From IMG/VR virus record IMGVR_UViG_649633002_000001, positions 5,191 to 69,190 of that record: a stretch of 64,000 nucleotides of DNA; one strand, given 5' to 3'. Each line of letters opens with the position of its first letter. Positions within the stretch are counted from its first letter, which is position 1. The notes beneath the pieces were generated by a model. It did not search any database, had not been told where the DNA came from, and saw nothing but the letters and a program-made list of their open reading frames with translations. A program made the translations under genes and the position numbers. Below, piece by piece: positions 9,725 through 18,413 of the stretch. The DNA is from a virus. Taxonomy: Duplodnaviria > Caudoviricetes.

Positions 9725-10222
9725 ATGGCAGACGGTTTCAGCGCAGACATAAAGGGCATAGCCGAAGTGAAAGCTCTCTTTGAAGCCCTCTCAACGAAGG
9801 AAGCCGACAACGCCATCCTCAAAGCTCTCAAGGCTGGCGCTCTGATAGAGCAAGCCGCTATCTCTGACCGCGCCCCTGTAAAGGATACGACTGGTGGTCT
9901 CTTACCCGAGGGCGCTCTCAAGGCCGACATAGAGGTCAAGGTTCATCGGCCTTCCGGTAGAACCCCATATGTCACTGTCGCCCCCGGGAAGTACACCGCT
10001 CACGTTGCACGGTGGCTAGAGTACGGCCACAGGCTAGTGCGTGGTGGCTACTCCCGAATGCTCAAGAACGGTAAGACACGTGGCCCCGGTAAAGAGGTTG
10101 GCTTCGTTGCCGAACACAGTTTTATTCGCGTTGGTTATGAAGAATCCCGAGAAGCCGTTGTAGAGGCCATCTCCAACACGCTTGTAGCGGAAATTCAAAA
10201 GGCTGCTGTCAAGAAGCAATAA
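9725..10222 (+). CDS. HK97 gp10-like putative neck/tail morphogenesis protein
   Basis: RAPVK..GALKADI, ARWLEYGH, HSFIR motifs; ATG 9725. Confidence 0.8.
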   Translation: MADGFSADIKGIAEVKALFEALSTKEADNAILKALKAGALIEQAAISDRAPVKDTTGGLLPEGALKADIEVKVHRPSGRTPYVTVAPGKYTAHVARWLEYGHRLVRGGYSRMLKNGKTRGPGKEVGFVAEHSFIRVGYEESREAVVEAISNTLVAEIQKAAVKKQ

Positions 10223-10258
10223 CCGCAAGCACACAAACAGACTTCGGTATTCAGTTCC

Positions 10259-10999
10259 ATGAACTACGGAACGGTCTACCTAATACGAAATAGCATCAAC
10301 GGCAAAGTTTATGTCGGACAAACAATCCGTGCTGTAGGGCAACGATTCAAAGATCATCTTGCTGCTGGACGCAGGGCTCATCCGCCTTATCCGATTCATC
10401 GAGCAATCGCCAAGTATGGTGCCGACAGCTTCACCTTGTGTGTGTTGGGTGTGGCTAGCTGCAAGGCCGAACTAGACGAGATGGAGACTCGCGCCATCTT
10501 TACTCACGAAGCTCAGAATCGTGCCTTCGGCTATAACTTAGCCCCAGGCGGCGAAGGCTTCAGTAGTGAAAGGGTGAAGGCTCATTGGGCCGACCCACAA
10601 AAACGTGCAAGGCATGTAGCGTCCATGCTCACGAAGTGGGCGGATGCTGCTTTCAAAGAGAGTGTAAGCGCACACCGAAGGATTACAGCGGGTACACCTC
10701 AAGCACGTAAGAACAATAGCGATGCTCAACTACGTGCTGATGTTGTGGCGCGCAAGTCGAGGGCTAGCAAAGAGCAATGGAACGACCCGGATTTCATAAA
10801 GCTCAAGTCGGATCAAGCCAAGGCTATGTGGGTAGACCCAGAGAAGCGTGCGCTGAACGTGGCCGCCAGAAACACCCCTGAGGCAAGAGCGAACCGTATC
10901 GCTTCAAACAAGCGGATGTGGGCGGCACCCGGTTTCAAAGAAAAACAGATTGAAAAGATGCGCCTAGCTAAGGCAGCGAAGAGAACAAACCAATCATGA
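10259..10999 (+). CDS. Free-standing GIY-YIG homing endonuclease
   Basis: GTVYLIRNSINGKVYVGQT...RFKDH...AIAKYG...E...GYNLAPGG, then repeated K/M-W-x-DP helical motifs. Confidence 0.9.
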   Translation: MNYGTVYLIRNSINGKVYVGQTIRAVGQRFKDHLAAGRRAHPPYPIHRAIAKYGADSFTLCVLGVASCKAELDEMETRAIFTHEAQNRAFGYNLAPGGEGFSSERVKAHWADPQKRARHVASMLTKWADAAFKESVSAHRRITAGTPQARKNNSDAQLRADVVARKSRASKEQWNDPDFIKLKSDQAKAMWVDPEKRALNVAARNTPEARANRIASNKRMWAAPGFKEKQIEKMRLAKAAKRTNQS

Positions 11000-13389
11000 G
11001 CACAGCAGCAGGTCAAGTCACTATTGTTCTCTCCGCAGATAAGGTCAGCTATTCCGCTGCGCTTGATCAGGCTGGGCGTGAACTAGACAAGCTGCAAGGC
11101 AAGTCAAAGTCATTTGGTCATGGATCAGTCTCGGATATGCAGGCCGCTAGCGCCAGCATCAGGCTGCTTGAGAACCCGCTTGGCAACAACATGCGGGCCA
11201 TTGAACGCCTCATCTCCCAAAGCAAAGTTCTATCCGGCGTGATGAAGGCGGCCTTCCCTCTAGTCGGTGCTATCGCTATCGCTGGGATGTTCGCGAAGCT
11301 GACTACGGAGGTTGTCAAGTTCATCAAGGAGATGAACGAGATGCCCGCCGTCATCAAGCGTGGCTTCGATTCTCTGAACCTCTCCATCCGCACCAGCAAT
11401 GATGAGCTAGACCTGACCAACGCGAAACTCGCGAATCAGATAGCCAAGCTCGAAGGCAAGCCCCAAAACAACCTCAAGACGGCGCTCGCTGAATCCCGCG
11501 TGGAAGCTGACAAGCTGGCTACCTCCCTCGCGAACGATGCGAAAGCAGTCAATGACCTCCTCACCGCAAACAAGATCGGCTTGCTCGGCCAGCTCGTAGG
11601 CAAGGCGAACACCTCAAACGTTTCCAGCTCTATTCAGAGCTATATGAATGACCTACAGGATCTTGGAAACAAGATATCTGTTGCCGCTCAGAAACCGAAC
11701 AACGACACCGAAGTCGCCAGCCTGCGTAAGCAGCTATCCGACAAGCAGAACTCCGGTCTCGGTTGGGCTAAGAGCAAGATGTTCGCCACCGACCACCCGG
11801 ACCTGGCTGGTCCTGACGACCAGATCATGGGCGGAGATCAGGCTTCTAATCGTGCTGAGCTACTCGGCTTTCAAGGTGTTCTACTCGGCCAGCAGCATCG
11901 TGCTACCTCCGAAGATACCAACAAGCAACTTACCGGGATCAAGGATAAGGACGAGGCTGCGAAAGCTGCGGCTGAGTCAGCCAAGGCCGCTGCACGTGCT
12001 GCACTTGAGGCTCAGAAGAAAGCCGCAGCCGAACAGCTTGCAGCTTGGGAAGAGAGCAACGCCGACTGGAAAGCTGCACAGGACCGTTCTCTCCTCGACG
12101 ACGCCGACTGGTGGAAGGCGAAGCTCGCTACCCTCAACATCGGCTCTTTGAACTATCGCGCCGTGAACAAGAAGGTCAACGCAGACATCATCTCCGATAA
12201 CCGGGAGATGACCGAAGCTCGCCCCACCTGGGCTAACGACTTCCTCAAGGACGGTAACGCCAACGGCGGCATCAGCAAGGATGACGCTGAGCAGATAACC
12301 GCGACTGGCAAGGCTACCGCCGAATGGATCGCTTCGCTGCGTTCAGGCGTGGAGCTTCAAAAGCAGAATGCCACGGCGATAGCAGAGTCTTCGCTTCAAA
12401 TGGCGGTCGCGACAGGCCGCATGACGAAGATGGACGCGGCTCAGATACAGGCCAACCTTCACACTCAGGAATACAACGACAGATTGAGTGAGTTAAAGGA
12501 TAACCGCGACGCTATCACCACTAACGCCAGCCTCAGCGACGTACAGCGCAAGGCTCAGTTGGCGAACTCCGACAATCAGATTGCCGCTCTCAACAACCAG
12601 CGGGCATTACAGACTCAGCAGGACAACGCCTCAACCAACCCCCAAGGCTCTCTCGCTTCCGTCGGATTCGTGGATGCCCTGAATGACTTCGTTCTCGCTT
12701 CCAAGGACGCTGCAGGTCAGATGCGTGAGATAACCACCGGTACGCTGAACACCCTGAATGGGGAGTTCGTTAAGGCCATCAGCGGGCAAAGAACCGACTT
12801 CGGCAATGCTGGCGCTTCAATCTTCCGCAACGTTGCCGGCATCGGCCTCCAGAAAGCAGAAGGCTCCATCATGCAAGGGCTGGGATTCGGAGCCAAGGCT
12901 GACGGAAGCAAGAGCAATCCGCTCTACGTCCGTATGGCCGATGGTGTTGCTGGTGGTGTTGGTTCCGCAGCTAAGGGCCTCTCCAGCCTCTTCAAGTCTG
13001 GTGATGGCGATAGCGGCGGAAGTGCCGTATCAGGTCTTGCTTCTAAGGCTGGTGGTTGGCTCAGTTCACTCGCCGGTATGATTCCTGGCTTCGCTGGTGG
13101 CGGCACGGTCACACCCGGAACGCTAGCAATGGTCGGAGAACAAGGCCCAGAACTTGCCTACTTTGGCTCAGGAGCGCACATCACCCCAAACCATAAGCTG
13201 AGCAGCATTGGCTCCGTTGGTGGCGACACCCACAACTGGCACATTGACGCTCGTGGCGCTACTGACCCGGCTCAGGTTCGTTACCAGGTGCAGCAGGGCA
13301 TTCAACAGGCCGCACCTCACCTGACCGCCCAGAGTATGCAGGCCAAGGCGCAGCAGAACAAACGCTCTCCTTCTACCCGCCAAAAGTAA
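10996..13389 (+). CDS. Tail tape measure protein (797 aa)
   Basis: Long Ala/Gln-rich helical protein after chaperones; C-terminal FAGGG...VGEQGPE motif. Confidence 0.9.
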   Translation: MSTAAGQVTIVLSADKVSYSAALDQAGRELDKLQGKSKSFGHGSVSDMQAASASIRLLENPLGNNMRAIERLISQSKVLSGVMKAAFPLVGAIAIAGMFAKLTTEVVKFIKEMNEMPAVIKRGFDSLNLSIRTSNDELDLTNAKLANQIAKLEGKPQNNLKTALAESRVEADKLATSLANDAKAVNDLLTANKIGLLGQLVGKANTSNVSSSIQSYMNDLQDLGNKISVAAQKPNNDTEVASLRKQLSDKQNSGLGWAKSKMFATDHPDLAGPDDQIMGGDQASNRAELLGFQGVLLGQQHRATSEDTNKQLTGIKDKDEAAKAAAESAKAAARAALEAQKKAAAEQLAAWEESNADWKAAQDRSLLDDADWWKAKLATLNIGSLNYRAVNKKVNADIISDNREMTEARPTWANDFLKDGNANGGISKDDAEQITATGKATAEWIASLRSGVELQKQNATAIAESSLQMAVATGRMTKMDAAQIQANLHTQEYNDRLSELKDNRDAITTNASLSDVQRKAQLANSDNQIAALNNQRALQTQQDNASTNPQGSLASVGFVDALNDFVLASKDAAGQMREITTGTLNTLNGEFVKAISGQRTDFGNAGASIFRNVAGIGLQKAEGSIMQGLGFGAKADGSKSNPLYVRMADGVAGGVGSAAKGLSSLFKSGDGDSGGSAVSGLASKAGGWLSSLAGMIPGFAGGGTVTPGTLAMVGEQGPELAYFGSGAHITPNHKLSSIGSVGGDTHNWHIDARGATDPAQVRYQVQQGIQQAAPHLTAQSMQAKAQQNKRSPSTRQK

Positions 13390-13430
13390 AACCCTCCCGC
13401 AACACCCCTCCGCACGAACAAGGACGAATC

Positions 13431-16266
13431 ATGCCCACCGGATACACCCAGGTCACCGGGTCCTCTCTCAAGGACTCGGCTGGAACCCCCATTGCTAACG
13501 CCACCATTCGCTTTGCTCCGGTCAACAACACGGGCGTTCCCATCTCGTTCATGGCGGGTGGTGGTGGGCAGACCGTCGCCACTCCGGTCACAGCCACCGT
13601 CACCAATGGCGCATTCACGATCCAGCTTGCGGATACGACACTCACGACTCCAGTGAACGTCGGGTACGCCGTAACGGTAGTGGACAACCTCACAGGAGAG
13701 CACCTTCTCGGTTCCGGCTATGGCTGTGTTCAACCTTCAGGCGCAACGTGGAGCTTCGATACGTATGTACCGAACCTCACGGCGCTGGTTGCGGTGCAGC
13801 TGGGTCCGCAAGGACGTGAGGGCGCTCCTGGTCCCGCAAGCACGACCACAGCCTCGCTGGTCGCTTCTCATTTACCGGCGCTGCGTAATCTCTTTGACAA
13901 GACCCTGGCGACGAATGACCTACTCGTCAATTGGGTGGATGGAACGACCACCAGTCAGACCGGGCTAGCTTGGTTTGCTACAGGATATATACCGGTCGTT
14001 GCGGGTAAACAGTACGTCGCTAGTCTCAACACGTTCCTCGTATCCACCACCATCGGGTTCGCCTTCTTTGATGGCCAGCTGACCTTCGTCGGTGGCGTGA
14101 TGGGTTGTGCTGCTGGCACTCCCGTGACCGCTCCGGCTAACGCAATCTATATGCGCGTCGGCAGCGGTGGAAACGACCTTGTAGCTGGGCACGACTACGA
14201 CTACTGGAAGAACCAATTCATCATCGTGGAAGGGGCGGTCCTCCCGTCCGCCTACATTGCCTTCGGCTACGAAGATCCGGCAACCACAGCGGTTAAGTCG
14301 GCAGCTCTGCTCGACCGCAGTCTTGGTCATCAACGGAACCGCTTTGACCCCACGACAGCCACTCCCGACGTCTTGATCAGTCAAGTTACCGGCGCGACGA
14401 TCTCCGTCCCCGGCAACTACTTCACCAGCGACTTCATTCCGGTCAGCGGCCTTGCTTGGGCTATCTGTAACCAGAACACTCTCTTCGGCATACCTCAGAG
14501 CGGCATAGCTTTCTACGACGATGCCTTCAATTACATGGGCGGGACCAATGGGGTAGCAGCCTCTACAGCATTTGCCGTTATGGCAGGAGCCGCGTACCTG
14601 CGCGTTGGGATGGGAAGCACTGACAACGAGAACCCTTCTATACTCCCCACCGTAGTGCTTGTCGGTGGAAGTGTCCTACCGAGCACACTCGCCTCCCATG
14701 GCGGCACGGATGCGTACAGTGCGATCAGCAATGCGCTTGCCGTGGCTTCGAGCAGCGCGGGTTCGTCCCTCTCGCATCGCGGCAATCTGTTCGATAAGCG
14801 AGGCGTTACCTTAGACGTCCTGATCAACTACACGACTGGCAATGCTGACAGTTGGCCGGGATACTTTGCTACGGATTACATGATCGTGCTGGGTCTCTCA
14901 GAAATCATCTGCAACGAGAACACGAGCTATGCCGCAAGCACGCTAGGCTTCGCGTTCTATGACGTAAACAAAGCGTTCATGAAAGGCGTTGCAGGTGTTG
15001 CCGCCAATACAGCGATTGCCGTCCCAGCGGGCGCAGCCTTCGTGCGCTTCGGCATGGGAACCTCCACCGCAAGCGACAGGGCATTGATTCTTGCCGGAGC
15101 AATGGTGATGCCGGGAGCTTTAATGCCCGCGCACTATCAGTCTTATGGAGCGTCATCCGCAGCTACACCGCAGAAACTCCGTCTGTTTGATGGACAGAAG
15201 AACCTTTTCGACCCCTCACAGGTAACGCTCGATCACCTGATTGATTACACCTCTGGAACCTCAACAGACGTATCAAGTTCATTTGGCGTCGGGAACTTCT
15301 TCGCCAGTGGCTTCATGCCGGTGTTCGGTCTTTCGCAGATTGTAGCGAACCAAGAGACGGACTACGGTGCTGGGAGTTTCGGCTTCGCCTTCTACGACGA
15401 GGATTTCAACTTCATATCGGGAGTTAATGGGAACGCAGCCGGAACGCCAATGACCGTTCCAGTAGGAGCGTTCTTTGCGCGCGTCGGCTCTGGTGGAACT
15501 GTTCAGGCTACGGCCAAGGGCTGGTCTCGTCAGGTCGTGCTTTCCACCTTCATGGTCCTGACGGGGAGCATAGTACCTGCAAACTTCATTCCGTGCAGCC
15601 AAGCCGCAGCTCTCGTACCGTCGCGGTTCTACTTGCAAAACGCCGCCATTATCGGGGACAGCATCACCGCCTATGGGGAGCCTAACTCGTTCCCGCAGGG
15701 CAATGGAGGTCCGTCTCAATACATCGGCTATCAGCAACCGATGTTAGCGGCTCTGGGTGCAAACAAGCGTGTCATACACGCATATCCAGGCACGCGCATG
15801 GTTGACGTCCTCTTGAGCAGCTATGCCCCCAGCCAAGCTGAGATCCAAGTTTGCAATTTCTTGACGGTGTTCAAGGGAACCAACGACTACGGCAATACCG
15901 CGTTAGGCGTGGTGCCTATGGGTGACCCATTGACAAGCACCGACAACACCACCTTCTACGGCGCAATGGACTTGATGATCAACACATGGCTTGGGTGGAA
16001 TCCCTCGCTAGACATCATCTTCTTTACGCCGCTGCAACGCTCGGGAGGGACGGTTGCGAACTCGCTTGGTTTCACCTTGGAGAACTACGCAACGGCCATC
16101 ATCACGAAGTGTAGACAGTACGCCTTGCCTGTCGTTGACCTTTACCATACCTCCGGTATCAACCAGCTCAATATCGCGACTTATGTTGGACGGAGTCCTC
16201 CACCCCAACAACGCCGGGTATGCAAAGTTTACCGGTCACCTGATCACTGCGCTTGCCAGCCTGTAA
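13431..16266 (+). CDS. Tail fibre/spike with four internal repeats and C-terminal SGNH esterase; +1 frameshift near 16183
   Basis: Repeats starting RNLFDK/RNRFDP/GNLFDK/KNLFDP; SGNH blocks GDSIT and KGTND in main frame, DGVLHP only in the +1 frame (ORF 16054-16266). Confidence 0.75.
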
Positions 16267-16309
16267 GCAACTGACGCGCCTCATCATTCCATAACAAGGA
16301 CGCAAACCC

Positions 16310-16660
16310 ATGAATGTTCTAGCAATCCTCAAAGGCGTCGGCACGGAAGCTGAGAAGCTCGGCACCGGCGCAGTCCACGTAGTTGAAGTTATCGGCAACG
16401 GTGCCGTCTGCTTTGAGCGTCTCCTTACCGACGCAAGCAAGCTCACCCCGGAAGTGAAGGCTGGCCTCACGACCCTCATCGCTGACGGCGAAGCTGTAGC
16501 TACTGGTTTTATCTCCGCAGGAAGCAACCCAGCTAACTTCGTTGCTGACGCTGCTGAAGCCGCCAATCTCGCCAAGTTCGTAAAGGACTTCGTTGCCTTC
16601 CTGCCGGTTATCAAGGCCGCTGCTGGCACCGTCAAGGCTGACCTCACTCCTCTCGCCTAA
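16310..16660 (+). CDS. Phage hypothetical protein, Ala-rich amphipathic
   Basis: ATG after AAGGA; phage-like codon usage; in operon. Confidence 0.7.
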   Translation: MNVLAILKGVGTEAEKLGTGAVHVVEVIGNGAVCFERLLTDASKLTPEVKAGLTTLIADGEAVATGFISAGSNPANFVADAAEAANLAKFVKDFVAFLPVIKAAAGTVKADLTPLA

Positions 16661-16702
16661 CTCTTCCTCTCTCCCGTAGCACCCCGCCAGAAAGATCCCG
16701 CC

Positions 16703-17359
16703 ATGCTCAACACCATCACCCTCAATGGGCAGACGGTTTCTATCGTCGCGTCGCCGACCTGTATCGCCCTGCGCTCCATAGAACTGTCGGGGAGTGACTC
16801 GGTCGCTATCGTCACGTCGCCATTCTCTGGACAGACCCAAGCCCAACAGTGGCCCGGAGCGGACTGGTGGTCGGGGACCGCAACACTCCCGCCTCTCACT
16901 CAGGACCAAGCCGACGAATGGCTCTCATTCCTTATGGAGTGCCGAGGTATGACGAACCCATTCCTCATGGGCGACCCTCTCAAGTCTTCACCTCGGGGGA
17001 GCGTCACGTCGGCTTCAGTGCCTGTGGTGGATATGTCCGTCACGACTCTCAACCAAGTCGGCAATCAAGTCCTCTACACCAAGGGCTGGTTGCCGAATGC
17101 CTTCTCACTGTTACTCCCCGGCGACTATCTACAGATTGGCTATCGCCTTCACCGCTGTCTTGACCGGGTGAACTCAGACGCGAATGGTAAGGCCTCCTTT
17201 TCTATCTTCCCCTCGCTTCGTGACCTCCCCGCTGACGGCCAGCCAATCATCCTCAACAACCCCCAAGGTCTGTTCCGCCGAGGCAGCAACAAGATGACGT
17301 GGTCCTCGGACTACACCGGCCTCACCAACCTTTCCTTTCCCCTGATCGAGTACCGCTAA
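16703..17359 (+). CDS. Distal tail (Dit-like) protein
   Basis: SPFSGQTQ...WSGTATLPPL...FLMGDP motif; first of the tail-tip genes. Confidence 0.7.
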   Translation: MLNTITLNGQTVSIVASPTCIALRSIELSGSDSVAIVTSPFSGQTQAQQWPGADWWSGTATLPPLTQDQADEWLSFLMECRGMTNPFLMGDPLKSSPRGSVTSASVPVVDMSVTTLNQVGNQVLYTKGWLPNAFSLLLPGDYLQIGYRLHRCLDRVNSDANGKASFSIFPSLRDLPADGQPIILNNPQGLFRRGSNKMTWSSDYTGLTNLSFPLIEYR

Positions 17360-17913
17360 TGCCCAGAAATCTTGACCCCACCTTCTCAGCCAGCCTGAGT
17401 GCGCCTCTCTTCGGCCCTGTGTTCCTCGTCATGCTCACCTTCAAATCTCAGACGACCTACGTGTGGTCAGGTGCGGGCACGCTCATATGGAACGGCAACA
17501 CCTACCTCGGTGTGGGTTCGCTCGGCAAGGTTGATTCAATCAAGGAGGGCATAGAGGTTCACGCTGACGGGACTTCGCTCACCCTCTCAGGAATCGACAA
17601 GGTTTACTTGGGTGAAGCTCTCACCGACATCCAGATAGGAGCGCCTGCCACCATTCACTTCGGCAACTACCTGAATGGTGCGCTCATCGGTGCACCCTTT
17701 CTCATCTTCCGAGGTTGCGTAGACAAGCCCACAATCCATACCGGCACTGATACGGTGAGCATCAGCCTCGCTCTAGAAAACCGAATGGTGGACTTACAGC
17801 GAGCTTCTAATCGCCGCTACACCGCGACTGACCAGCGTGCTCACTACTCAGACGATACAGCTTTTAATTGGGTAGAGAAGATGAACGACATCTCGCTCCG
17901 CTGGGGCAGCTAG
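17359..17913 (+). CDS. Minor tail/hub protein (gpL-like position)
   Basis: TAATG coupling at 17357-17361; WNGNTYLGVGSLG, RRYTATDQ. Confidence 0.7.
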   Translation: MPRNLDPTFSASLSAPLFGPVFLVMLTFKSQTTYVWSGAGTLIWNGNTYLGVGSLGKVDSIKEGIEVHADGTSLTLSGIDKVYLGEALTDIQIGAPATIHFGNYLNGALIGAPFLIFRGCVDKPTIHTGTDTVSISLALENRMVDLQRASNRRYTATDQRAHYSDDTAFNWVEKMNDISLRWGS

Positions 17914-17971
17914 CAGCACCGAACTCCCTTCCTTCCGCACCGTTTCCCCGCAACAACCAAGGTCATCCCCC

Positions 17972-18409
17972 ATGTCTCTTCCCAAGAAGCAGCATTGGCA
18001 CACGCGTGCCTTCCATCCCTTCCTCGTAGACCGCGCTCAAACACCCTTCGCTTGGGGCACCAATGACTGCGCCCTTTTTAGTGCGGACGCGATCCTCGCG
18101 AATACCGGCGTCGATATCGCCACGGACTTTCGCGGCAAGTACACCGACAAGCGTTCAGCCTTCCTGCTCATCAGGTCGTTGACCGGTGGCTCGACTGTAG
18201 CTGATGCAGCCGCTTACTGCGCCCAGAAGCACGGTCTCGTTGAACACCAGCACCCGCTTATGGCGAAACGCGGAGACCTCGTGGTCGTAGCTGATGGCGA
18301 CGAGCTTATCTGCGGGGTGGTTCACCTCAGCGGTCATGTCATTTCAGTTTCGGAGTCAGACACAGTCCGGCTCCCCATCACCAAAGTAGTCCGTAGTTGG
18401 AGCGTATAG
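17972..18409 (+). CDS. NlpC/P60-like tail protein (gpK-like position)
   Basis: FAWGTNDCALFSADA...AKRGDLV motif. Confidence 0.75.
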   Translation: MSLPKKQHWHTRAFHPFLVDRAQTPFAWGTNDCALFSADAILANTGVDIATDFRGKYTDKRSAFLLIRSLTGGSTVADAAAYCAQKHGLVEHQHPLMAKRGDLVVVADGDELICGVVHLSGHVISVSESDTVRLPITKVVRSWSV

Positions 18410-18413
18410 GCCA

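Noticed and set aside
10223-10999. Group I intron around the GIY-YIG gene
   Set aside because: Flanking genes are complete and only 36 bp of non-coding DNA is available, too little for a ribozyme core
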